Source of the DNA: Dehalococcoidia bacterium
GTDB lineage: Bacteria > Chloroflexota > Dehalococcoidia > Lucifugimonadales > UBA3495
Assembly: GCA_965237745.1 (NCBI GenBank)
Contig: OZ250156.1
Location: 1,953,426 to 2,017,425 of the forward strand
Direction of reading: 5' to 3'
Length of the DNA stretch: 64,000 bases
Part shown: positions 55,986-64,000 of the stretch, piece after piece
Layout of the letters: the number at the start of each line of letters is the position of its first letter
Numbering within the stretch: the stretch's first letter is position 1
The notes under the pieces: model-generated
What the model was told of the DNA's origin: nothing
The model's input: only the letters and a program-made list of their open reading frames with translations
Databases searched by the model: none
Program-made: the position numbers and the translations under genes

Positions 55986-57380
55986 TTGAGCCTCGAATCG
56001 GGCCGCGCTATAGTTGATTGCAGTATGACTGACTTTTCTGCTTACACCGTCTCCATCCACTATGACCGGCGCCTGTACCGCCAGGACATCGCCGGGTCGG
56101 CGGCCCATGCGCGAATGCTGGCCAGGCAGGGCATCATTCGCGAGGACGACGCTGTGGCCATCGTGGATGGACTGGCGCAAATCCGTCAGGAAATCGAGGA
56201 CGGTGATTTCCCTTGGGACCCCGCCCTTGAAGATCTGCACATGAACATCGAGCGGCGGCTGCACCAGGTGATCGGAGCTGCGGCTGGCCGGCTGCATACG
56301 GGCCGTTCGCGCAACGACCAGATAGCGCTTGATATGCGGCTGTACACCCGTGAGGTTGTCGAGGAGGCCATTGCCGGGCTGCGTGAGGTCCAGCGGGCTT
56401 TGCTGGAACTGGCGAGGCGGTATCAGCAGGTGGTAATGCCCGGCTATACTCACCTGCAGCGGGCCCAGCCGGTGCTCTTCGCCCATCACATGCTGGCCTA
56501 CTTCGAGATGTTCCAGCGCGACATCGGGAGGCTGGAGGACTGTCGCCGCCGGGCCGATGTACTGCCCTTGGGCAGCGGCGCGCTGGCCGGGGTGCCCTAC
56601 CCCACCGACCGGGAATTCCTAGCTCGCGAATTGGGATTTTCCGGTATCAGCGCAAATAGCATGGATGCAGTGTCGGACCGCGACTTTGTGGTGGAATACA
56701 TGGCCGCCGCCGCCCTCGGCATGATGCACTTCTCCCGGATTTCCGAGGAACTGATTTTGTGGTCCAGCGGCGAGTTTGGGTTCGTGCGCCTGGCCGATGA
56801 ATTCACCACAGGCAGCAGCATCATGCCGCAGAAACGCAATCCAGATTTTGCCGAGTTGGCCCGAGGCAAGACCGGGCGGGTATACGGCGACTTGATGGGG
56901 CTACTGACCACGCTGAAAGGATTGCCGCTCACCTACAACCGCGACCTTCAGGAGGATAAGGAAGGCTTTTTTGATACCGTGGACACTTGGCAAACAACCG
57001 TTGAGGTGTTTGCAGCCATGCTTCCCGGCCTGAAGCTTCAGACCGAAAGGGTGCAGTCGCTGGCAGGTGAAAGCGGTATGCTCGCCACCGATTTGGCGGA
57101 CTACCTCGTGGGCAAGGGGGTGCCGTTCCGGGAGGCTCACGGCATCATGCGGGAATTGTGTCGGCACTGCGACGACCGGGGCGTCGCGCTGCAGGAATTG
57201 CCCCTGGACGATTACCAGAGGTTTTCCCCTCTTTTTGAGAATGACGTATACGGGATTACCGCAGAGGCCTCGGCTGCGGCCCGAGACATTCCCGGTGGCA
57301 CCGCCCCGAACCGGGTGGCCGAGGCGCTGGCGCGGGCAAACCGGATTCTGGAGGAATCAAAAATTGGAGCAACAGGCTAA
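55986..57380 (+). CDS. argH: argininosuccinate lyase
   Basis: HTGRSRNDQIALDMRLY, GYTHLQRAQP, GSSIMPQKRNPD. TTG start; the N-terminal LESGRA is a diverged LWGGRF motif. Confidence 0.9.
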   Translation: MSLESGRAIVDCSMTDFSAYTVSIHYDRRLYRQDIAGSAAHARMLARQGIIREDDAVAIVDGLAQIRQEIEDGDFPWDPALEDLHMNIERRLHQVIGAAAGRLHTGRSRNDQIALDMRLYTREVVEEAIAGLREVQRALLELARRYQQVVMPGYTHLQRAQPVLFAHHMLAYFEMFQRDIGRLEDCRRRADVLPLGSGALAGVPYPTDREFLARELGFSGISANSMDAVSDRDFVVEYMAAAALGMMHFSRISEELILWSSGEFGFVRLADEFTTGSSIMPQKRNPDFAELARGKTGRVYGDLMGLLTTLKGLPLTYNRDLQEDKEGFFDTVDTWQTTVEVFAAMLPGLKLQTERVQSLAGESGMLATDLADYLVGKGVPFREAHGIMRELCRHCDDRGVALQELPLDDYQRFSPLFENDVYGITAEASAAARDIPGGTAPNRVAEALARANRILEESKIGATG

Positions 57381-58056
57381 CGAAGCCAGGGTTCTAATTG
57401 CGCCATCGATGCTTTCTGCCGACTTCGGGCGGCTGGCCGAGCAAGTGCAGGCAGCCACCGAGGCCGGCGCCGACCTCATCCACGTCGACGTGATGGACGG
57501 CGTGTTTGTGCCTAACATTTCCTTTGGCGAAGTGGTGGTGGATGCTATCCGCGCGGCCACCCATCTGCCTCTGAACATACACCTGATGATTCGGGAGCCG
57601 GACGCTCTTCTGCCGACGTTCATCAAGTCGGAAACCGATCAGATACTGGTCCACGCCGAGGCCTGCCAGCACCTTCATCGTACAGTCTCCATCGTGAAGG
57701 AACAGGGGAATCAGGTGGGAGTGGCCATTAACCCCGGTACGCCAGTGGCAGCGGTGGAAGAGGTCTTACCATTGCTGGACATTGTGATGGTGATGTCGGT
57801 GAACCCGGGATTCGCCGGCCAGTCGTTCATCCCGGAGACTGTGGGCAAAATTCGCCGGCTGCGGGGCATCATTGACGGGGCCGAACTTGCCGCCCAAGTG
57901 GAGGTCGATGGTGGAATCAAGGCGGACAGGACGGCTCAGGAATCGGTGAGGGCCGGGGCAACCATCCTGGTGGCGGGCAGCGCCATCTTCAATGACCGGG
58001 AAACGGTGCCGGAGGCGATGCGGGGAATGCGCGGATGCCTGGCGGGGCTGGTTTAG
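57364..58056 (+). CDS. rpe: ribulose-phosphate 3-epimerase
   Basis: IAPSMLSADFGRL...HVDVMDGVFVPNISFG...MSVNPGFAGQSFI...VDGGI. Start reassigned to the TTG at 57364 (GGAGGAA RBS); the upstream part of the track ORF overlaps argH. Confidence 0.9.
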   Translation: MEQQANEARVLIAPSMLSADFGRLAEQVQAATEAGADLIHVDVMDGVFVPNISFGEVVVDAIRAATHLPLNIHLMIREPDALLPTFIKSETDQILVHAEACQHLHRTVSIVKEQGNQVGVAINPGTPVAAVEEVLPLLDIVMVMSVNPGFAGQSFIPETVGKIRRLRGIIDGAELAAQVEVDGGIKADRTAQESVRAGATILVAGSAIFNDRETVPEAMRGMRGCLAGLV

Positions 58057-58280
58057 CGGCCCAGAAGCTCGATAAATTGGGAAATAGTGAGACCGGCTTT
58101 CCTAATCTCTCGCGCTAAGGTGTTTTTCGAAACCTCACGGTGATTGGGTATAGAAAGGGTCGGAACCGCCCCTACTTTTTTCAGAATCAAGTGGCTGCCT
58201 CTTTGTCGTACGAACTGCCATCCATCCCGCTCGAATGCTTGAACGGCCTCTCGACCGGATACCGCCGGAATGCGCGCCAC
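58053..58280 (-). CDS. hicA: HicA-family mRNA-interferase toxin
   Basis: VSGREAVQAFERDGWQFVRQRGSHLILKK..., LSIPNHREVSKNTLAREIRKAGLT. GTG start 1 nt after the hicB stop. Confidence 0.7.
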   Translation of the reverse strand: MARIPAVSGREAVQAFERDGWQFVRQRGSHLILKKVGAVPTLSIPNHREVSKNTLAREIRKAGLTISQFIELLGR

Positions 58281-58281
58281 C

Positions 58282-58614
58282 TTACACCTGAACTGTCGCT
58301 GGTACGTTAACCTCTGCGAATTCAACAATCAAAGGTAACCCGATTTCCGCGCGGAATTCTAGTATCTCGCGCACTTCGTCCGCCAACAAGACTGGGGTTT
58401 CTTCCAGCACAAATTCCAAGTCAGGCTCTTCCACGCTGCGTTCGTCAATCACCTCAAGCACGGCTTGAATAGCATCTACTATCATTACCAACGCTTCGTC
58501 CCGAGTTTCTCCCTGACTAGAACACCCAGGCAGCGCCGGACAATGGATAGCATAGCCACCGGTTTCTTCTTGCTCCAATATCACTATGAATTTCTGCGAG
58601 CCTTCTTCCATCAT
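58282..58614 (-). CDS. hicB: HicB-family antitoxin (UPF0150-type N-terminal domain)
   Basis: FIVILEQEETGGYAIHCPALPGCSSQGETRDEALVMIVDAIQ. Start set at MMEEG (58614). Confidence 0.7.
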   Translation of the reverse strand: MMEEGSQKFIVILEQEETGGYAIHCPALPGCSSQGETRDEALVMIVDAIQAVLEVIDERSVEEPDLEFVLEETPVLLADEVREILEFRAEIGLPLIVEFAEVNVPATVQV

Positions 58615-58712
58615 TACCGCCAATAATCGGACATTGGAATGAAACCTAAACAGGCAACCATGGCAGATGCGGTGGCCGCAGCTAAACAACGACGAACGGC
58701 GAGGAAGTAGTG

Positions 58713-58922
58713 CTACTTGAGCGCGGCGAAGGCTTTGCGGACCTTGGGGGACTTGTGGAGGGAGCGCAGGCAGCGGCTGCAAATCTTGACCGTTACCGGC
58801 GTGCCGTCGCGGTCGAGGGTCTGCTTATGAACATTGGCCTTGAAGCGAGTCTTGGTGTGCCGGTTGGAGTGGCTGACGTTGTTGCCGCTCATCCCGGATT
58901 TCAGACAAATCTGGCAACGCAT
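58713..58922 (-). CDS. rpmB: 50S ribosomal protein L28
   Basis: MRCQICLKSGMSGNNVSHSNRHTKTRFKANV... matches the L28 N-terminal consensus. Confidence 0.9.
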   Translation of the reverse strand: MRCQICLKSGMSGNNVSHSNRHTKTRFKANVHKQTLDRDGTPVTVKICSRCLRSLHKSPKVRKAFAALK

Positions 58923-59167
58923 ATCGGTATATCTCTCTTTGCTCTGGCCAGACGCCCGCCCGGCCCGCAGTGCGATTTCTTTATGGATATTTCAGATTAG
59001 CATACGGCTATCGTCGATTTCAAGGACGTATTGGAGCGCGGTTAGCGGGCTGATCCCCCATATTCTCGCAGGCCGGTCGACCACGGCATCAGTTCGGCTT
59101 CTGGGGCGTGGTAAAATGAACATTAGTATTAAATTAAAACGATGTGTTCTCACTTCCCAGAGGGGCC

Positions 59168-59737
59168 ATGCCGAGCAACTTCTGGATGATTGTCAACAAC
59201 GAGAGGAATTTTCGGATTACCCAGGGTATGGGATTCTCGGTGATGGGCCTTAAATCCCAACACCGGCGCAAGGTGCAGCGCATATCCGAAGGCGACCGCA
59301 TCCTGATGTTTCTCACTCACATACGCCGGTTCGTCGCCACGGCCACGGCCACCTCCGACTACTTCGAGGCTGAGGACGGCATCTGGGAGAGGGAGGGCAA
59401 GGCTGGGTTTCCTTACCGCGTCAACATTCGCCCCGAAATCTTGTTGCGTGACGAACAGTTTATGGATGCCAACCAGATTGCGCCGAGGCTGGAATACGTC
59501 AAGCGCTGGGCGCCCGAGGACTGGCATCTGGCCTTTCAGGGAAACCTGCACCTGCTGCCGAAAAGTGACTTTCTCCTCATCGAGGAGGAGATGAAGAAGC
59601 TACACTTCGGAAAGGACTACCAACCCACTCCAGTAACTCCCGTCCGAACCCAGCAACGCCGCCGCCGTTCCGGGCCCCGGCCGGGCCAGTCATCTCGACC
59701 TGCCTCTGCGCCTGCCCAGAAATCACCCTCCCCCTGA
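59168..59737 (+). CDS. EVE (PUA-like) domain protein with a basic disordered tail
   Basis: NFWMIVNNERNFRITQGMGFSVMG...GDRILMFLTHIRRFVATATATSDYF. C-terminal RTQQRRRRSGPRPG. Family call is moderate. Confidence 0.5.
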   Translation: MPSNFWMIVNNERNFRITQGMGFSVMGLKSQHRRKVQRISEGDRILMFLTHIRRFVATATATSDYFEAEDGIWEREGKAGFPYRVNIRPEILLRDEQFMDANQIAPRLEYVKRWAPEDWHLAFQGNLHLLPKSDFLLIEEEMKKLHFGKDYQPTPVTPVRTQQRRRRSGPRPGQSSRPASAPAQKSPSP

Positions 59738-60877
59738 ATGGGCTTGCGCCCAGCTGATTTCCTCCAGCACGGAGGGGTCTGACTCGGCTCCTGCAGCTGC
59801 GGCCAGGGTATCAGTCGCCGGTTGGCCCCCGATGCGCCCCAGGGCCCATGCCGCGTGTCCTCGCACCAATGGCTCGGGATGGTGCAGGGCCATGGATAAC
59901 GCGGGTACTGCCATCGCATTTCCCAAGTTTCCGAGGGCCACGCAGGCGTTTCGCTGCATACCGACTCGCTTGGCCCGCATGATGGAAGTGCCAGCGAAAC
60001 GCGAGCGAAAGCCTTCCTCCGACATTTCCAACAGATCTACCAGGTCCAGGAGCGCCCCCCCTTGCCCGGCGGCTGTTATCGGCTGGATTGCTGCCTGGGC
60101 CTTGCGGTTGACCGGGCACACATCCTGGCAGATGTCGCAGCCGAAAACCCAATCCTGCATCAGAGGACGGAGTTCACGGGGGATTGGCCCCCGGTTCTCG
60201 ATGGTCAGGTAGGAAATGCAGCGCGCGTTGTCCACCACGTATGGCGCCACGATGGCTCCCGTGGGGCAGTCCTCGATGCAGCGGACGCAGGTGCCGCACG
60301 ACTTTTTCAGCGGTGCGTCCGGTTCCAGGTCCAGATCTGTAATCACCTGGCCCAGGAATACCCAGGACCCAAACTCCGGGGTCAGGATGTTGGTATTCTT
60401 GCCGAACCAGCCGATGCCGGCGCGGTTGGCGGCGGCCCGGTCCAGCATCGGCCCGTCGTCCACGTACCAGCGGGCGCCCACCGTCGAGCCCATGTCCTGC
60501 TCCAGTTCGCGCACGAAATCCCGCATCCGACGCTTCATTGCCCGGTGGTAGTCGCGCACCCAAGCATACCGCGCCACCCGGCCCACGCCCGTTTGTCCTG
60601 AGCTTGTCGAAGGACTCGGCTCGTCCGGCTCGTCATTCCCCAGATAGCTCAGCCCCAGGCATATCACCGACCGGGCCCCGGGCAGCAACTCCGCCGGACT
60701 CGTCCCCCGCATCACCCGCGATTCGGTATACCACGGCAACCCGTCCATCCGCCCCTCCCGGATGCGTTCCAACGCGGCGGCGCGGTCGGCGGCGAAATCG
60801 TCGGGCCCGGTGATGCCCACGAGGTCAAACCCGCAGGCACGGGCGCGAGCGATGACGGCGGCTTTGAGGTCTTGCAT
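59723..60877 (-). CDS. queG: tRNA epoxyqueuosine(34) reductase
   Basis: Two ferredoxin-type clusters (CGTCVRCIEDCPTGA, GCDICQDVCPVN), SYLTIE motif, C-terminal HEAT-like repeats. Start set at MQDLK (60877). Confidence 0.85.
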   Translation of the reverse strand: MQDLKAAVIARARACGFDLVGITGPDDFAADRAAALERIREGRMDGLPWYTESRVMRGTSPAELLPGARSVICLGLSYLGNDEPDEPSPSTSSGQTGVGRVARYAWVRDYHRAMKRRMRDFVRELEQDMGSTVGARWYVDDGPMLDRAAANRAGIGWFGKNTNILTPEFGSWVFLGQVITDLDLEPDAPLKKSCGTCVRCIEDCPTGAIVAPYVVDNARCISYLTIENRGPIPRELRPLMQDWVFGCDICQDVCPVNRKAQAAIQPITAAGQGGALLDLVDLLEMSEEGFRSRFAGTSIMRAKRVGMQRNACVALGNLGNAMAVPALSMALHHPEPLVRGHAAWALGRIGGQPATDTLAAAAGAESDPSVLEEISWAQAHSGGG

Positions 60878-61096
60878 GATGCCCTGATAATAACGTGAAT
60901 AGGCACAGTTCAGCCAATCAAGAGTTCGAAGGCCGGGCCTGCCGCTATACCACTGGAACAGCGACAATGAGGCCCCCCGTTTTCGCGATGGCCAGCTCTG
61001 CTCTACGGGGATCTCATTGTGATGATCAAGTGCCTATCCACTGGCGTCCGAGGCGAGACAGGCGATTTCGACCGAGAACTGCTGGCAACCGGCTTC

Positions 61097-61933
61097 CTAG
61101 ACGGCTACCGCAGACTCTCTCTGGCTTACCTCCCCCGCGAATCGGGTCAGCAGACCGGACAGACGGGCCGGCACCTCTACGTTGGGGGAGTGGCCGATGC
61201 CGTGGAATATGTGCAGGTGGCGGTTATCCGGCGGCAAGGCCAAGTATTCGGCCACGATGTTATCCACCCCCACGGTGGTATCGGTGTCTCCGCCAACGAC
61301 CATGGTGGGGACTCTGATTTCTCCCAGCCGATCCCGCAAACGTAGAGCAGCCATGGACCGGCGGCCTCCAATCGCGCGTTCGATGGGGTTGCGGAGGATG
61401 ATGCTCCTCACTTCCTCGATAAAATCCGGGGTAATGTGAGGCGCTTGGAAGCCCATATCCCCTTGAGTCAGGCCGCCCTCCGCGAATGAGGCGCGGAGAG
61501 CATCTTCCCAGTCGCCGGGCAGCACACGACCGTTGAGCGGGGCCGAGTTCAGCAGCACCAGCGCCCGCAGCATATCCTGGTGGGCCATTGCGAACTGGGT
61601 AACCGTTGCGCCGCCCATTGAGTGTCCCACCAAGATGAAGTCGTCCAGTCCCAGGGCCGACACGGCGTTGTGGAGGTCAACGGCGTAGGACTGCACGGTG
61701 TAGCCGTCCTCCGAGTCTGCGCGCCCCGATTCTCCTGCCCCGCGATTGTTGAAGGCCAAGATGCGGTATCGGGCCGAACCGTCCTGTCGCTCTCGGGCCA
61801 AGTGGTCTATGGTGTAGCGCCACAGCACGGCCGAAGAGGCGTATCCATGCACCAGCACTATCGTCTCGGGACCGTCTCCCTCCTCGAAGTATTGCAACTT
61901 GACCGAACCCGCCTGGACGAACTTGGACTCCAT
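61097..61933 (-). CDS. alpha/beta-fold hydrolase
   Basis: IVLVHGYASS, nucleophile elbow GHSMGG, C-terminal GHSPNVE. Confidence 0.8.
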   Translation of the reverse strand: MESKFVQAGSVKLQYFEEGDGPETIVLVHGYASSAVLWRYTIDHLARERQDGSARYRILAFNNRGAGESGRADSEDGYTVQSYAVDLHNAVSALGLDDFILVGHSMGGATVTQFAMAHQDMLRALVLLNSAPLNGRVLPGDWEDALRASFAEGGLTQGDMGFQAPHITPDFIEEVRSIILRNPIERAIGGRRSMAALRLRDRLGEIRVPTMVVGGDTDTTVGVDNIVAEYLALPPDNRHLHIFHGIGHSPNVEVPARLSGLLTRFAGEVSQRESAVAV

Positions 61934-62196
61934 CGTAGGCGCCTCCTTTTACGCAGCGTGACCGCAAAGGTAATTCAACGTAATTTGCGGGTATCCTACC
62001 ATGGCCGCCGCTGCCCTGTGCTCATTGGATGTCTCAGGAGTACCGGGCAGCAAGGGTGCTGGGCAGTTTGAAGTCCAGAATTTTCCTGGCTGTATGAGGC
62101 GGGCGCTCTGCCGCTTCGGAAAACCAAGACCCCATTGTTTCGAATTACCGGCGCCACTATCATAGCTTCCGTTCAGGACGAAATGCGGGAGGCGAT

Positions 62197-63111
62197 ATGG
62201 CCCAGTATTCATTCCGACTTCCCAACGCCGACTACCTTGGTTTCCCAGCGACGACACAGGCCATCATCGAAACCGCATGCAAGGCCGAGGAATTGGGATT
62301 TGACGCACTTTTCGTCAACGACCACGTTATCGTTGATGACTCTCCCCGCAGCAATCCTTGGCGAAACGTGTACGACCCATTGATGGTCCTCTCGTACGTG
62401 GCGGCTCGAACTTCCACGATACGCCTGGGCACCTCGGTGCTCATCATGCCGTACCGCAATCCCATAGTCACCGCGAAGATGGTCGCAACCCTCGACCAGA
62501 TGTCCGGGGGCAGGGCCATTGCGGGGATCGGCTCAGGATGGAACCAAGAGGAGTTTGACGCGCTGGGCGTGCCGTTTGGACAACGCGGTGGCCGCACGAA
62601 TGAATATCTGCGCCTTTGGAAGGCGTGCTGGAAGCCCGGCTCCACCACCTTCCACGGCCGCTATTTCTCCTTCGAGAACATGCACATCAACCCCAAGCCG
62701 CTGCAGCAGCCTCACCCGCCCATCTGGATTGGCGGCTCAAGCGAGGCTTCGCTGCGCCGAGCCGCCAGGTACGCCGAGGTATGGCAGCCCACGCCCACGC
62801 CATTGGCGGACCTGATTAGCAACCAGGGGTACCTGAGGCAGGTGTGCACCGAGATGGAAAAGGAAGTGCCCCGCACTCGAATGAGCTTTCGGGTCAACCT
62901 CAGCAACATCACGGGAAGCTCCAGTGACTCCAGCGACAGGCCAACCGGCCAGGGTACTCCGGAACAGGTGGCGTCGGACATGAAGCGTTACCGCCAAGAA
63001 GCCGGTCTGGATGAATTCCAGATAAACTTCAGTGGCTGCGGCAGCCTGCAACAACTGCTTGATTCCATGGATACACTGGCCCAGGAAGTGATCCCAAAGG
63101 TCGACGAGTAG
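62197..63111 (+). CDS. LLM-class F420-dependent oxidoreductase
   Basis: AEELGFDALFVNDHV, RLGTSVLIMPYRNP, GRAIAGIGSGWNQEEF, PPIWIGGSS. Confidence 0.8.
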   Translation: MAQYSFRLPNADYLGFPATTQAIIETACKAEELGFDALFVNDHVIVDDSPRSNPWRNVYDPLMVLSYVAARTSTIRLGTSVLIMPYRNPIVTAKMVATLDQMSGGRAIAGIGSGWNQEEFDALGVPFGQRGGRTNEYLRLWKACWKPGSTTFHGRYFSFENMHINPKPLQQPHPPIWIGGSSEASLRRAARYAEVWQPTPTPLADLISNQGYLRQVCTEMEKEVPRTRMSFRVNLSNITGSSSDSSDRPTGQGTPEQVASDMKRYRQEAGLDEFQINFSGCGSLQQLLDSMDTLAQEVIPKVDE

Positions 63112-63145
63112 CAGGTCTCCTGACGTCGACAAAGTGAACGTCTCT

Positions 63146-64000
63146 ATGGATTTTCCAGTAAACCGGCAGCGAAAACACCAGGTCCTCATGGAGGCGGTGA
63201 AGAGTGTGCGCGCTACCCTGGAGGCTGGCACGCAGGAGGGGGAGGAGACAGCCACCCTGCCCAGGGCGTCAGTGGACGCACTCTATAAATCTGGGCTGCT
63301 ACGCCTCAAGTTGCCCCATGTCCTTGGAGGGGCAGAGGCAGACTTGGTGACCCAGTTGGACGTGTTGGAGGCTGTCAGCGAGATTGATCCCTCAGCAGGC
63401 TGGTGCCTGATGATTGGCGCTGCCAGCCTTGGAGGGGTCGGAGCTTTTCTGCCGGATGAGGCCATAGACGAAATTTTCTCCGGGGGCATCCCGCCCAAGA
63501 CTTCGGGTGTCTTCGCCCCCTTCGGCACTGCAGTACCCACGGACGGGGGCTACCTGCTCAGCGGGCAATGGTCCTTCGCCAGCGGCATCCGGCATTCGCA
63601 ATGGATTTCCGCCGGCGCCAGGGTGGTAACCGAGGAACCCGGCTATCCGGTGCAGGTTAGGGCCACCATGCGTACGTCGGACGTCAACATTCACGACAAC
63701 TGGCAGGTTATGGGTCTTCGCGGTACAGGGAGCTGCGACTTTACGGCAAAAGACCTGTTCGTGCCGGAAAATTTTGTTTACGACGTGTCTCAAACCGAGC
63801 CCCTGCGGGGCGGCGGGCTGTACCGCTTGGGAAGGCCGGGATTCGTGACCAACGAACACGCTGCATTCGCGCTCGGCGTCGGTCGCCGCGCACTCGACTG
63901 TGTCCTGGAGGTGGGGCAGACCAAGACCCGCGGCTATGTCTCGGTCAATCCGCTGGCCCAGCGTCCCGTGTTTCAGCGGATGCTCAGCGAGTGCGACCTC
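63146..64000 (+). CDS. acyl-CoA dehydrogenase-fold flavoprotein (type-2 ACAD / two-component monooxygenase-like), partial
   Basis: Own translation: MDFPVNRQRKHQVLMEAVKSV...GWCLMIGAAS...GGYLLSGQWSFASG...NWQVMGLRGTGSCDF.... Open to the window edge; absent from the ORF track. Confidence 0.7.
   Translation, partial: MDFPVNRQRKHQVLMEAVKSVRATLEAGTQEGEETATLPRASVDALYKSGLLRLKLPHVLGGAEADLVTQLDVLEAVSEIDPSAGWCLMIGAASLGGVGAFLPDEAIDEIFSGGIPPKTSGVFAPFGTAVPTDGGYLLSGQWSFASGIRHSQWISAGARVVTEEPGYPVQVRATMRTSDVNIHDNWQVMGLRGTGSCDFTAKDLFVPENFVYDVSQTEPLRGGGLYRLGRPGFVTNEHAAFALGVGRRALDCVLEVGQTKTRGYVSVNPLAQRPVFQRMLSECDL

Noticed and set aside
55901-56025. Suspected N-terminal truncation of argH next to the Uma2 gene
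   Set aside because: With the TTG start at 55986, the N-terminus reads SLESGRA...FSAYTVSIHYDRRL, which aligns to the usual LWGGRF...SL.FD.RL. The gene is therefore complete, with a diverged motif.
57067-57363. Long N-terminal extension of the rpe ORF
   Set aside because: Overlaps argH out of frame, with Arg/Pro/Trp-rich junk composition. The TTG at 57364 with a GGAGGAA RBS gives the normal Rpe N-terminus.

Overview
Visibly GC-rich bacterial chromosomal segment. No rRNA, tRNA or CRISPR array was found. About 60 genes are ordinary housekeeping or metabolic genes, including a family-5 peptide-type ABC importer operon, polA, uvrC, xerD-like, argH, rpe, rpmB, ychF, folB, thiE, queG, comM/yifB, F420-type LLM oxidoreductases, a SCO1664/DUF3090 pair and a DPPR-synthase-like UbiA enzyme. 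This gene content suggests a Chloroflexota/Actinomycetota-like organism, but that is inference only. Five accessory patches interrupt the backbone. (1) 1027-1922 holds debris of three different IS families. (2) 10295-16100 is an IS graveyard: an IS630, an IS701-family and an IS5-family element abut end to end and have destroyed a secreted-protein gene, with an orphan IS110 3' fragment nearby. (3) 22075-24041 is an AT-richer two-gene ABC-type ATPase + HNH nuclease module (Septu/PtuAB-like), with the HNH gene split at a T5 run. (4) 34800-38230 carries a membrane-anchored LRR protein, a ~150-bp MITE derived from the IS630 seen at 10.5 kb, and an intact IS110-family element with a structured 5' non-coding leader. 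(5) 58053-58614 is a hicB-hicA cassette. Other notable points follow. An in-frame TGA gives an E-U-G-S-C motif with a hairpin immediately downstream (probable selenoprotein), and that gene is translationally coupled to an uncharacterised 344-aa gene. A D-aminoacylase-type amidohydrolase carries an inserted Rieske-like CxH...CxxH segment. There are tandem paralog pairs of retropepsin-like proteases, MBL hydrolases and FmdB zinc ribbons. Family calls are from motif recognition by eye; no searches were run. Many long ORFs in the supplied track are antisense artefacts of high GC. Two edge-truncated genes (1-526 minus strand, 63146-64000 plus strand) are missing from the track and were translated by hand.
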